A stretch of DNA of 64,000 nt, taken from positions 6,127-70,126 of the forward strand of contig JAYFNX010000015.1 in the NCBI GenBank assembly GCA_034933245.1, written 5' to 3'. The notes beneath the pieces were generated by a model. That model searched no databases and was not told where the DNA came from. It was given only the letters and a program-made list of their open reading frames with translations. The stretch is from Candidatus Pelethousia sp. GTDB taxonomy: Bacteria > Bacillota > Clostridia > Christensenellales > CAG-138. This document shows positions 26,617 to 35,968 of this stretch, one piece after another; position 1 is the stretch's first letter; the number at the start of each line of letters is the position of its first letter. The translations under genes were made by a program, and so were the position numbers.

Positions 26617-28278
26617 TTATCCTTCCTCATATAGTAAAACCCGGGCTTCATAGGGCTGGAGCAATCCGTTTTTATGGCTGGGATAATTGGAAAGCAACTC
26701 CCGTGCGCCCGGCTCCCACCCCAGCTCGCAGGGCGTATCCTGGGCGGCAAAGCTGCAAAGCACCAGAAGGCGCTCCCGGCGCAGCCTCCGTTCGTAAGCG
26801 TACACGCTTGGGTTTTCCTCCAGCAAGGGGGTGAAATCCCCGTGAACGATGATGGGGTAGGCTTTACGCAGCATAATCAGCCGCCTGTAATAATGGAAAA
26901 CCGAGCAGGGATCCTGAATCTGATTCTCCACATTGATGGTAAGATAGTTGGGATTTACACGAATCCAGGGTTCGCCCGCCGTAAACCCCGCATTTGGCTT
27001 GGCGCTCCATTGCATGGGCGTTCGCGCGTTATCCCGGCCGATCACCTGCAGGCAGCGCAGCATCTCCGCCTCCGTCAAAAGGCCGCCCTCCGTATATTCC
27101 GCAAAAGCATCGATGCTTTCCCGGTCCCGGTAATCCGAAAGGTGCTGGAAATAAGCGTTGGTCATGCCCAGCTCCTCCCCCTGGAAAATATAAGGCGTAC
27201 CTTGCAGCATGTGCAGGCAAGTGCCCAGCATCTTGGCGCACACCGCCCGGTATAAGGGCCCGTCGTTGCCGAACCGAGATACGGGCCGGGGCTGATCGTG
27301 GTTGCTCCAATACAACCCATTCCAGCCTATGCCCGCCAGGCCCGTTTGCCAGCTGTTGAATATCCGGCGCAATTCAGGAAAAGGGAAGGGCCTGTCCGTC
27401 CACTTATCCGCCAGGCGCGGCCCGCCGTCCACGTGCATGAACTGAAAGATCATGCTCAACTCGCCCCGTTCCTCGCCCGTATAGCGTCTGCCGTCCTCCA
27501 CGCTCACATGGCTGGTTTCTCCCACGCTAAGCATATCGTATGGCCGGAACACGCGGCTGTTCAATTCCCGCATATACGCATGAATGCGGGGGCCATTGTA
27601 CATATAGGGGAAGCCGTTTCCATAGAGGGCGCCCATTTCGCCGTCTAAAAAGCGCTGATCCTTGGAAATCATGTTGATGCCGTCCAGCCGGAAGCCGTCA
27701 ATTCCCTTTTCCCGCCACCAGAGCATGATGTCGAAAACCGCTTCTCGAACAGCCGGATTCTCCCAATTCAGATCCGGCTGTTCTGGCAGAAAACTATGCA
27801 TATAATATTGGCCCGTAGCCGCATCCGGCGTCCAGGCAGGGCCTGAAAAGATGGAGCCCCAGTTGGTGGGTGGGCCTCCATTTTTCCCATCCCGCCAGAT
27901 ATAAAAATCACGGTAAGGATTATCCCGGCTGGCTCTGCTCTGAAGAAACCACGGATGTTCCGAGGAGGTATGGTTGGCCACAATATCCATCATCATGCGC
28001 ATGTTGGCGCCGTGGGCGGCGGCGATAAGCCGCTCCAGATCCTCCATGGTCCCAAAAACAGGATCGATGGCTTTGTAATCCGAAATATCGTAGCCGTTAT
28101 CCCGGCCGGGAGAAACATACACAGGGCAAAGCCAAAGCACATTTACGCCCAGCAATTTAAGATAGGGGAGCCTTGCCAAAACGCCGGGTAAATCCCCCAC
28201 GCCGTCCCCATTGCTATCGTAAAAGCTGCGGGGGTAGATCTGGTACACCACGGCCTCTTTCCACCAGGGGCTCTGCAT
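26617..28278 (-). CDS. GH13 alpha-glucosidase (oligo-1,6-glucosidase-like)
   Basis: WWKEAVVYQIYPRSF, DNGYD, NHTS, QPDLN, GFRLD, GE, NHD, GRDNARTPMQW; start set at MQSPWW. Confidence 0.92.
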   Translation of the reverse strand: MQSPWWKEAVVYQIYPRSFYDSNGDGVGDLPGVLARLPYLKLLGVNVLWLCPVYVSPGRDNGYDISDYKAIDPVFGTMEDLERLIAAAHGANMRMMMDIVANHTSSEHPWFLQSRASRDNPYRDFYIWRDGKNGGPPTNWGSIFSGPAWTPDAATGQYYMHSFLPEQPDLNWENPAVREAVFDIMLWWREKGIDGFRLDGINMISKDQRFLDGEMGALYGNGFPYMYNGPRIHAYMRELNSRVFRPYDMLSVGETSHVSVEDGRRYTGEERGELSMIFQFMHVDGGPRLADKWTDRPFPFPELRRIFNSWQTGLAGIGWNGLYWSNHDQPRPVSRFGNDGPLYRAVCAKMLGTCLHMLQGTPYIFQGEELGMTNAYFQHLSDYRDRESIDAFAEYTEGGLLTEAEMLRCLQVIGRDNARTPMQWSAKPNAGFTAGEPWIRVNPNYLTINVENQIQDPCSVFHYYRRLIMLRKAYPIIVHGDFTPLLEENPSVYAYERRLRRERLLVLCSFAAQDTPCELGWEPGARELLSNYPSHKNGLLQPYEARVLLYEEG

Positions 28279-28385
28279 TTTCAAAAGCAATCCTTTCCGG
28301 GCCCGTCCTTTGGACAAGGTCCTATAAAAAGGCCGCGGGGCGGGGCCGCGCCCGGCCCTGCGGCCTGCTATCCTTGCGCATCTTC

Positions 28386-29405
28386 TTACCGGGGCGGCGC
28401 CGTTGTGCCACCTGCCACCAGGCTTACCGGCAGACGGATAATGCTACCCTCAACATCCTCCTTGGCGATGAGCCGCATAAGCATATCAAAGGCAAGCCGC
28501 GCCTTCTGCGTTGGATTTTGATGTATGGTGGTCAATCTCGGCCGCAGGTTCTGGCTAAGGATATTGTCATCAAACCCGGCGATGGAGATGTCTTCCGGAA
28601 TGCGGAATCCATGGTCATACAGATAGTCAAACCCCCGCATGGCATAATAGTCCGATGCGAAAAACAGAGCGGAAAAGCGATCCCTTGGCTCCAATGCCGG
28701 GGCGAGGCTTTTATTATACGCCGTCCAGCCCGGCCGGAGCATAATATAGGTTTTCTCTTCGCTGTAAGGCAGGTTCGCCGCTTCCATGGCCTCGCAATAA
28801 CCTAGCCAGCGCATCCAATCGTTACCGATTTGGTTATCCGAAAGAAAGGCGATTCGCTTATGCCCCAGGGAGATCAGATATTCCGTCATGATCCGCCCCC
28901 CCGTTTGATCTTCCAAGCCAATGTTGGAATAAGGAATTCCCACATCGCCGAAATAGCAATCCACAAAAACCATGGGCTTGGGTGTTTGGGCACGGATCTG
29001 CTTGTAATCCTGGGCATGGAACCCCGAAAGGATCAGGCCCTCCACGTTCCATGTTTTCATCAGGCGAACGATATCCCCCACGTTGGGCGCTACATATTGC
29101 ATCATATAGTAGCCCGCTTCCCGGATACTCGCCTCCAGTGCTCCCATCAGCTCGCCCGCGAAAGGATCCTGGAGGGCGTTCAGCTCCTTTTCCGGGTTAA
29201 ACTTGAGCACCACGCCAATGATCTTCGAGCTTTTTTGGGCCAGCGCCCTGGCGCTCATGTTAGGAATATAATTGTATTCGCGAACGGCCCGCTGCACCAT
29301 TTCAATGGTTGCCTGGGAGACCTCTCCGGTCTTCCCGTGAATAACATTCGATATGGTGGTTGTACTCACGCCCAGCTTATCCGCCAGTTCCTTAATCGTG
29401 ATCAT
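28386..29405 (-). CDS. LacI-family transcriptional regulator
   Basis: TIKELA..LGVS.TTISNV HTH, YIPN.SARAL, PEDISIAGFDD, LTTIHQ. Confidence 0.95.
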   Translation of the reverse strand: MITIKELADKLGVSTTTISNVIHGKTGEVSQATIEMVQRAVREYNYIPNMSARALAQKSSKIIGVVLKFNPEKELNALQDPFAGELMGALEASIREAGYYMMQYVAPNVGDIVRLMKTWNVEGLILSGFHAQDYKQIRAQTPKPMVFVDCYFGDVGIPYSNIGLEDQTGGRIMTEYLISLGHKRIAFLSDNQIGNDWMRWLGYCEAMEAANLPYSEEKTYIMLRPGWTAYNKSLAPALEPRDRFSALFFASDYYAMRGFDYLYDHGFRIPEDISIAGFDDNILSQNLRPRLTTIHQNPTQKARLAFDMLMRLIAKEDVEGSIIRLPVSLVAGGTTAPPR

Positions 29406-29435
29406 AGCCGTTCATTCCCATCTTTTCTTCCGTTT

Positions 29436-30446
29436 TTATTTTTTCGCCACGTACTTGCGAATATCCAGCGAAACAGCCATGATGATAACCATGCCCTGCA
29501 CAATATAGGTATAGTCCGAGGGCACGCCCATGAACTGCATCGCTATTTTCAGAAGCTCAAATACCAGCACGCCAATGAGCATGCCGGAGATGCGGCCCAC
29601 ACCACCATTGGTGGAAACGCCGCCAATGGTACACCCGGCGATGGCTTCCAGTTCATAGCCCATGCCCAGGTTTACGGAAGCGCCGCCGCTCTTTGCGCCG
29701 TAAAGGAAGCCTGCAATGCCATAAAGGCAGGCCGCCGTGGTATAAATGATGATCTTGGTGACGGTGGTGTTGATGCCCGCCACCTCGGCGGAGCTTTCAT
29801 TCCCGCCGATGGCATACATATATTTGCCGTGGGGCGTTTTATTATAAACGAACCACATGATCGCGCCCAGGATCAATGCGATGATGCCCAAATAGGGCAG
29901 GAATTGAATGCCGAACAGATCGCCGGAGGAAATTCTGGTATAATCCGCCCGCAGGCCGCCAATGGGCTGAGCCCCCGTATAGACCAGGCAGACGCCGTAT
30001 ACAATGGTCTGCATGCCCAGTGTGGCGATAAAGGGAGGCACATGCAGCTTGGAAACGACCAAGCCGTTCATCACGCCAAACACCATGCATACGGCCACCA
30101 CCCCCAAGAACACCCAGATGATGGGCAGCTCGCCGATGTTGGGATAAACCTTGCTTGAATAATCGCCCCGCTGCATGAAGGTAGCGGATAGGCAGGCGGC
30201 CAGGCCCACCATGCGTCCTGCGGAAAGGTCCGTCCCCTTGGTGATGAGGCAACCGGAAACGCCCAAAGCAATAATAAAACGGGCGGCGGTGTTAGAGATG
30301 AGGTTCTTGGCGTTGTAGGCCGACAAGAAATTTGGCCGCATGATGCTCACCGCTACGGCGGCAACCAGCATCATGATGATGACCGCATTGTTGAGCAGGA
30401 ATTCGCTCACCCGCTTGCCGGTTAGCTTGCTATTGTCGATCTGCAT
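29436..30446 (-). CDS. mglC: galactose/methyl-galactoside ABC permease
   Basis: GTDLSAGR, PFIATLG, GKYMYAIGGN..AEVAGI, YELEAIA.C.IGGVS..GG.G. Confidence 0.9.
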   Translation of the reverse strand: MQIDNSKLTGKRVSEFLLNNAVIIMMLVAAVAVSIMRPNFLSAYNAKNLISNTAARFIIALGVSGCLITKGTDLSAGRMVGLAACLSATFMQRGDYSSKVYPNIGELPIIWVFLGVVAVCMVFGVMNGLVVSKLHVPPFIATLGMQTIVYGVCLVYTGAQPIGGLRADYTRISSGDLFGIQFLPYLGIIALILGAIMWFVYNKTPHGKYMYAIGGNESSAEVAGINTTVTKIIIYTTAACLYGIAGFLYGAKSGGASVNLGMGYELEAIAGCTIGGVSTNGGVGRISGMLIGVLVFELLKIAMQFMGVPSDYTYIVQGMVIIMAVSLDIRKYVAKK

Positions 30447-30458
30447 TGTTGTCCTCCT

Positions 30459-31964
30459 TTAAGATTCAAAGCGCGTAGCCAGTTCCATGATCTGTTCCTG
30501 GTTCATATCCTCGCCTTCGACAAAGCCGGTCACCCGGCCGTCGCACATAACCATGATGCGATCCGCCATGCCGATGAGTTCCGGCATTTCCGAACTGATC
30601 ATAATGATGCTTTTGCCCTGCTTTGCAAGGTCGGCAATGATACAATAGATCTCATATTTAGCCCCCACATCAATGCCGCGGGTAGGCTCATCCATTATGA
30701 GCACATCCGGATCGTTGGCCAGCCAGCGGCTGATGATGACCTTTTGTTGGTTTCCGCCTGACAGGGATTGGATGGGTGTCTTATCGCTGGGGGTTTTGAT
30801 GCTCAGCTTCTGGATGTTTTGGCGCACGAGCTCAGAGATGCGCTTATCATCCAGCATAATGTGGTATTTCAGGTATTGGGAAAGAGATGCCACGGCTACG
30901 TTGTCGCTCACGGATAGCACGCCGAAGATGCCCGTGGCCCGGCGATCCTCCGTCATCATGGCAATCCCCTGGTTGATTGCTTCCTTGGGCCGGGCAATGC
31001 GAATTTGTTTCCCCAGATATTCCACGCTGCCTTCCGTGATGGCGCGCAAGCCGAAGATTCCCTCCATCAGTTCCGTTCGTTGGGCGCCTACCAGGCCGCT
31101 TACGCCCAGGATTTCTCCCTTGCGAAGCTCAAAGCTCACATGCCGGAAGGATTTTGGGTTAATGGAGGTGTAATCCTCCACTTTGAAAATCACGTCTGCG
31201 GGCACGTTTTCTTTATGGGGATACAGGTTTGTAAGTTCCCGCCCCACCATCCTGGTGATGATAAGATCGGTTGTCAGCTCTCCTGCCGGCCAGGTGCCGA
31301 TGTATTTTCCGTCTCGCATGATGGTGACTTCGTCCGAAATGCGGAGAATTTCATCCATCTTGTGAGAAATGTATATGATGGCGCAGCCTTGTTCTCGTAA
31401 GTTGTTAATAATTCTGAAAAGGGTATTCACCTCGTTCTGTGTAAGGGAGGAGGTTGGTTCATCCATAATGACAATTTTCGCATCGGCGGAAACGGCTTTC
31501 GCGATCTCCACCAGCTGCATTTGGGATACGGACAGGGTGCCGAGCTTGGCTTTCGGGTCAAAATTCAGGCCCAAGCCTTGAAGGAGCCGCTCCGTATTCC
31601 GGTGCATCTGGGTATGATCTACCATGGCCCCCCCCCATTTCGTGGGATAGCGTCCACAATAGATGTTTTCCGCTATAGACCTTTCGGGAATGGGCTGCAG
31701 TTCCTGATGCACCATGGCGATGCCCTTTTGCAGCGCATCAAACGGGTTCACAATATGAATAGGACGGTCCTCATAGAAAATTTCACCCGCATCCATTTTA
31801 TATACGCCGAACAGGCATTTCATCAGGGTAGATTTTCCGGCGCCATTTTCGCCCATAAGCGCGTGCACTGTGCCGGCCCGCAGCTTGAGCGAAACATCAT
31901 CCAGCGCCTTCACGCCTGGGAATGACTTACAAATTCCCTTCATTTCCAGCAGATATTCCGACAT
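30459..31964 (-). CDS. mglA: galactose/methyl-galactoside ABC ATPase
   Basis: FPGVKALD, GENGAGKST, LSGGNQQK, DEPTRGIDVGAK. Confidence 0.92.
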   Translation of the reverse strand: MSEYLLEMKGICKSFPGVKALDDVSLKLRAGTVHALMGENGAGKSTLMKCLFGVYKMDAGEIFYEDRPIHIVNPFDALQKGIAMVHQELQPIPERSIAENIYCGRYPTKWGGAMVDHTQMHRNTERLLQGLGLNFDPKAKLGTLSVSQMQLVEIAKAVSADAKIVIMDEPTSSLTQNEVNTLFRIINNLREQGCAIIYISHKMDEILRISDEVTIMRDGKYIGTWPAGELTTDLIITRMVGRELTNLYPHKENVPADVIFKVEDYTSINPKSFRHVSFELRKGEILGVSGLVGAQRTELMEGIFGLRAITEGSVEYLGKQIRIARPKEAINQGIAMMTEDRRATGIFGVLSVSDNVAVASLSQYLKYHIMLDDKRISELVRQNIQKLSIKTPSDKTPIQSLSGGNQQKVIISRWLANDPDVLIMDEPTRGIDVGAKYEIYCIIADLAKQGKSIIMISSEMPELIGMADRIMVMCDGRVTGFVEGEDMNQEQIMELATRFES

Positions 31965-32024
31965 GTTGCCCCCTTATTTTTCCTGTCTCGCCAATCTTTT
32001 GAGAACCCCGCCTGGGTTAATTGC

Positions 32025-32060
32025 AAGAATTGCGTGCGAGCAAGCCCGCACGCAATTCTT
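32025..32060 (-). terminator. stem-loop between mglB and mglA (partial terminator or mRNA stabiliser)
   Basis: AAGAATTGCGTGCG / CGCACGCAATTCTT. Confidence 0.65.
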
Positions 32061-32076
32061 TTGTTCCAGCGTTTGG

Positions 32077-33147
32077 TTATTTGGTGATCTTCTGATAATC
32101 GACGATCACATAGTTGGAGCCATCGGCAGCGGCACCCACAAGCTCGCCGTTAAGATACTTCATAGCGGCATCCACAGCGGCATGGCTCTGGCCGATATGG
32201 TCGTTAAGCACGGTACCGGTCATGGTGCCAGCCTCAACCATCTCTACGCATTCAGCCAGCGCATCCACGCCTACCAGATAGATATTCTCGCCAACCGTGC
32301 GGCCGGCGGAGGTAATAGCCTGGGCCGCGCCCAACGCCATCGCATCGTTATTGCAGAAGATAACATCCACTTTATCGCCGAACTGGCTCAGAGCATTGGC
32401 GGCAAGCTCCTGGCCCTTTTCCTGTGCCCAGTCGCCGCGCTGTTTGAACAGCTCTTCAACCTCAATGCCGGCATCCGTCAGGGCTTTGATGGAGAACTCG
32501 GTGCGATACTGTGCATCCACATTCTCCGGGTCACCCATGATCATAACATAGCGTACAACGCCATCGCCGTCCACATCGCCCTTGTTCGGCAGCGCAGCAA
32601 TGATTTCGCCCTGGTAGGTGCCGCTCTGGCGAGCATCAGCGCCTACGTAGCAGAGCTTATCCCAAGCCTGCATATCGGCAGCCTCGGGCTCCCGGTTAAT
32701 ATATACGACGGGCACATCCGCAGCCTTGCACTTCTCGGTGATGGTAGCGGCGGAAGAGGACTGCACCAGGTTCACGATGAGCACATCCACACCCTGGGCC
32801 AGGAAGGTATCTACCTGGTTGGTCTGCTCGGCCATATCGCCCTTGCCGTCCACAATGGTTACATCGTATTTAACAGCGTCGGTTTCCAGGGACTTGAAGT
32901 AGCTCTCGATCTCCTCGCGATAGAGGGTCATAAAGTTATCGTCGAACTTATAGATGCACACGCCAACTTTGAAGGTCTTCGCTTCGGCAGCAGGCTCGGC
33001 GGCGGGCTCGGCAGCGGGCTCGGCAGCGGGCTCGGCTGCGGGCTCAGCGGCGGCAGGCTCGGCTGCAGGTGCGGCAGGGGTCCCCGCGCACGCTACGCAA
33101 GTCAGAGCCATCATGGCTACCAGAATCAATGCAATCAGCTTTTTCAT
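32077..33147 (-). CDS. mglB: galactose/glucose-binding lipoprotein
   Basis: Lipoprotein signal (CVAC), IYKFDDNFM, NREP, YVG.DA, CNNDAMALGA, GVDAL, GTVLND. Confidence 0.92.
   Translation of the reverse strand: MKKLIALILVAMMALTCVACAGTPAAPAAEPAAAEPAAEPAAEPAAEPAAEPAAEAKTFKVGVCIYKFDDNFMTLYREEIESYFKSLETDAVKYDVTIVDGKGDMAEQTNQVDTFLAQGVDVLIVNLVQSSSAATITEKCKAADVPVVYINREPEAADMQAWDKLCYVGADARQSGTYQGEIIAALPNKGDVDGDGVVRYVMIMGDPENVDAQYRTEFSIKALTDAGIEVEELFKQRGDWAQEKGQELAANALSQFGDKVDVIFCNNDAMALGAAQAITSAGRTVGENIYLVGVDALAECVEMVEAGTMTGTVLNDHIGQSHAAVDAAMKYLNGELVGAAADGSNYVIVDYQKITK
32981..33080 (-). repeat. 12-bp coding tandem repeat, (PAAE)n linker of MglB
   Basis: About 7 degenerate GGCTCGGCAGCG units on the + strand encoding PAAEPAAAEPAAEPAAEPAAEPAAEPAAE. 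Confidence 0.85.
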
Positions 33148-33357
33148 GGTATGTTATTTCCTCCTTCAGAATTTAGAGCGTTTCAAAGCGCTCTTTATAT
33201 TCCCGGCGCGGTCTCCCGCACCAAGCTTGTAAAAACAACCGAAGTTGTTTTTCATCTTGCGTTATCTTCTGATTCTGGGAAAGTCGGGCGCACCCTGAAC
33301 AGGCGCAGATTAATCATGGTATTTGTGAATTTACACACAGCTTTTTCTGATGTTGGT

Positions 33358-33386
33358 ATCATAGCACACATCTGAATCCTTTGCAA
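33358..33386 (-). promoter_or_regulatory. sigma-A promoter of the mgl operon; candidate operator at 33324-33335
   Basis: Minus strand TTGCAA-17-TATGAT with extended TG; downstream near-palindrome TGTGAATTTACA. Confidence 0.65.
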
Positions 33387-34364
33387 TACCTTTTGCGCAT
33401 AAGGTATTGATTTTATCGCACTTTTTTATTATGTTTCGTCGTCTGCTGTCGGATAATCTAGCATAATTTTCTTTGTCATTGGGAACAAGCGTGTGTTTTT
33501 CCTCTGCTGTCATTCGCTAATATTCTGTAATTTATTATCCGCGCAAAGTCAATCCCCACGCCTTATAAATTGCCTGTGTGTGCGAAGGAAGCGAGGGTGG
33601 GAGCACACGACATCCTCCTAAGCAGTTGCCGTTGGTATCCATATGTCTGCCGCAGCATTTGAAATTGCGGCGCATTATTTTTTTGTTATATTATTATAGA
33701 ATTTGTGTTATTATTTTATTTTTTATCGAATATCCTTGTGTTATCCTCGTGAAAATATAGAATTGCTATGTAAAATTTTTCTATAAAAAATCGCCTTATT
33801 TACCAATGATTATAATTGCATTGAAAACCGTAATTGTTTTCATAATGAAAGAAAAGGCTTCCTTCTACACGAACGCGGATGATATTCGCCTATCAAACCA
33901 TGCTTTTGTCCAGCATATTAAAAAAATACCTTTTTTGAAAGAATCCAGGATCAAAATAGCATTAGCAAAACAATCTTCTCTCCTTGTCTTTTATGATAGG
34001 GTTACAAAAATTTCTTTACAATAACCATCAATAAAACCAAGCAGCCAAGCCGCGCGTCATTTTTTCGTCCCAGAAAGAAGCGCTTTCGCCCAAGCACGCT
34101 TGCCGGGGTGCGCTGTACAAAAAATTGCGGGTATAACGAAAGGCAGATAGCAGGAATAAAAAAATGGTTTTGGTTAGCTGGGGATTACAGCGCGTATGCT
34201 AGTTCTACCGCGGCAATGGTGCGAGCAGGCGGCGAATAGGGCGGCTTAACCAGAACGAACCCCGCCGCATATAACAACCGTCCCGCAAGGCGGCACTTTA
34301 ATACAGCCATGCGGGACGATATCCGGTACCCATGTTTTCTGCCTCTTTGTAGCGGCGCAAAGGT

Positions 34365-35732
34365 TTATTTTGCGGCTAATGCGATGATTGCTTCCGCATA
34401 CATTTTGGTATCCTCCAGCAAATCATCGATATGGATAGATTCACCCGCCATGTGTACGCAGTTAACGCGGTTTTCCCGTTCCGGGCCGAAAGCCACGGCA
34501 TTGGTAAGATGGCGGGCATAGGTGCCGCCGCCAATGCGCAACGGCGGCGTATGGGAACCTGTCCGTGCGGCATAAATTTTCATAAGCGTACGCACAAGTT
34601 CCGCGTCCTCCGGCAAATAATAGCCCTCGGAAAAGCGGTAGTCCGCCCGCCGGGCCAGGTGGAAGGCCAAATCCAGCTTTTCCAGGATCATCTTTTCGCC
34701 CACGGAGAAAGGCGCGCGGATATCCACGGAGAAGGAGGCCCCCTCGCTATTCCAATCCATCAAGCCAAGGTTAAACGTGAGCGCGCCAGACTCGTCTTTT
34801 GCTTGGAGGCCCAGGGATGCGCCGTCATACTCCATGCCCAGGGCGCCGGCCAACATGGATACCACCTGTTTGTCTACACCAGTAAGGGGCAATTGGTTTA
34901 CCAGCAGCAGCAGTCCCTGCAGGGCGTTATGCCCTAACTCCGGCGTAGAAGCATGGGCTGCTTCGCCGGTGGCGGTAATCTTTGTGCCGCTTTCCGTTTT
35001 TTCTGCAGCAAATGTGACCCCCGGGATTGGGCCGCAAGCCTCCATCGCCTTTTGTACGGCCGCTTCGTCAAATGGCAGGGTCGCCACGGCCAAGGCCGGC
35101 ACCGCATTAACCACGGTGCCCGCACGCAGGGTTATTTTTGAAGGAAACGCCACAGTATAGCGGGCGTGGAAGATGTTCTTTTCGGAATTCACCAACGGAT
35201 AAGAAGCGTCCGGTGAAAACGCTAACGAAGGCATCTCTGCATGCTCCGTATAATGGTGCAGGCACCGCATGTTTTTTTCCTCATCGCAGCCGAAAATCAA
35301 GCGCACACGGCGGCGAAAATCGTAACCGGCCGCCTTAACGGCAGCCAGCGCAAACACGCTGGCCACGGCCGGTCCCTTATCGTCCAGCGCACCGCGGCCT
35401 ACGATTTTCCCGTCCACGATTTCGCCTCCAAAGGGATCGTGGCGCCATCCGCTGTCAGCCGGCACCACATCCAGGTGAGACAAAATCCCCAGCATTTCCT
35501 CACCCTCGCCGCATTCCGCATAGCCTATATAGCCTTCCATGTCCTGGGTATCCATGCCGAATCCTCCACAAATATCCAGCATGCAGGCCAGCGCATCATG
35601 GCAGGCAACGCCAAAAGGCGCCCCCGGCAAGGGCTTGCCATCGTCTATGCTCTTGTAGGAAATCAGCTTTTGCACTGCGGCTATAAGTTCGTCGCGATGC
35701 CCGTCAATCCATAACTCGACCCGTGAATCCAT
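34365..35732 (-). CDS. pepV: M20 dipeptidase (PepV/Sapep family)
   Basis: HLDVVP, GRGALDDKGP, GCDEE, SPDA.YP..NSEK, AHASTP, GGGTYAR, H..GE; start MDSRV. Confidence 0.9.
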   Translation of the reverse strand: MDSRVELWIDGHRDELIAAVQKLISYKSIDDGKPLPGAPFGVACHDALACMLDICGGFGMDTQDMEGYIGYAECGEGEEMLGILSHLDVVPADSGWRHDPFGGEIVDGKIVGRGALDDKGPAVASVFALAAVKAAGYDFRRRVRLIFGCDEEKNMRCLHHYTEHAEMPSLAFSPDASYPLVNSEKNIFHARYTVAFPSKITLRAGTVVNAVPALAVATLPFDEAAVQKAMEACGPIPGVTFAAEKTESGTKITATGEAAHASTPELGHNALQGLLLLVNQLPLTGVDKQVVSMLAGALGMEYDGASLGLQAKDESGALTFNLGLMDWNSEGASFSVDIRAPFSVGEKMILEKLDLAFHLARRADYRFSEGYYLPEDAELVRTLMKIYAARTGSHTPPLRIGGGTYARHLTNAVAFGPERENRVNCVHMAGESIHIDDLLEDTKMYAEAIIALAAK

Positions 35733-35914
35733 TGCTCGCTCTCCTTTTACCAATACTCATGCACTGTTTACGACGCATTCGTATGGTTTTCCTTCATCAT
35801 AGCAGTAATATATCTTTATTATAACCTTTTAGCGCACAAATGCACGCCAATCCATCCTGGTTTTCTCTTTCAGGCAACATGTATCGTGCCAAGTTTATCT
35901 TTTTTATTGCTTGA

Positions 35915-35957
35915 GAAAACGAAAGGGGATATGCGCAAAGTCGCGCATATCCCTTCG
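35915..35957 (-). terminator. terminator closing the DUF917/Opp operon
   Basis: GGGATATGCGC / GCGCATATCCC hairpin followed by a T-rich tract on the minus strand. Confidence 0.75.
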
Positions 35958-35968
35958 CTCTTTTCTAA

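Noticed and set aside
32981-33080. Short-period repeat as a CRISPR array or contingency locus
   Set aside because: It is an in-frame, synonymously degenerate 12-bp repeat encoding a Pro/Ala/Glu lipoprotein linker, with no spacers or cas genes.
33806-34024. 72-aa ORF in the AT-rich gap
   Set aside because: No RBS, atypical composition and no motifs; it starts inside a promoter-like sequence.
34365-35732. pepV as part of the DUF917 operon transcript
   Set aside because: A strong terminator (35915-35957) and a separate TATAAT lie between them; a functional link remains possible but is unsupported.
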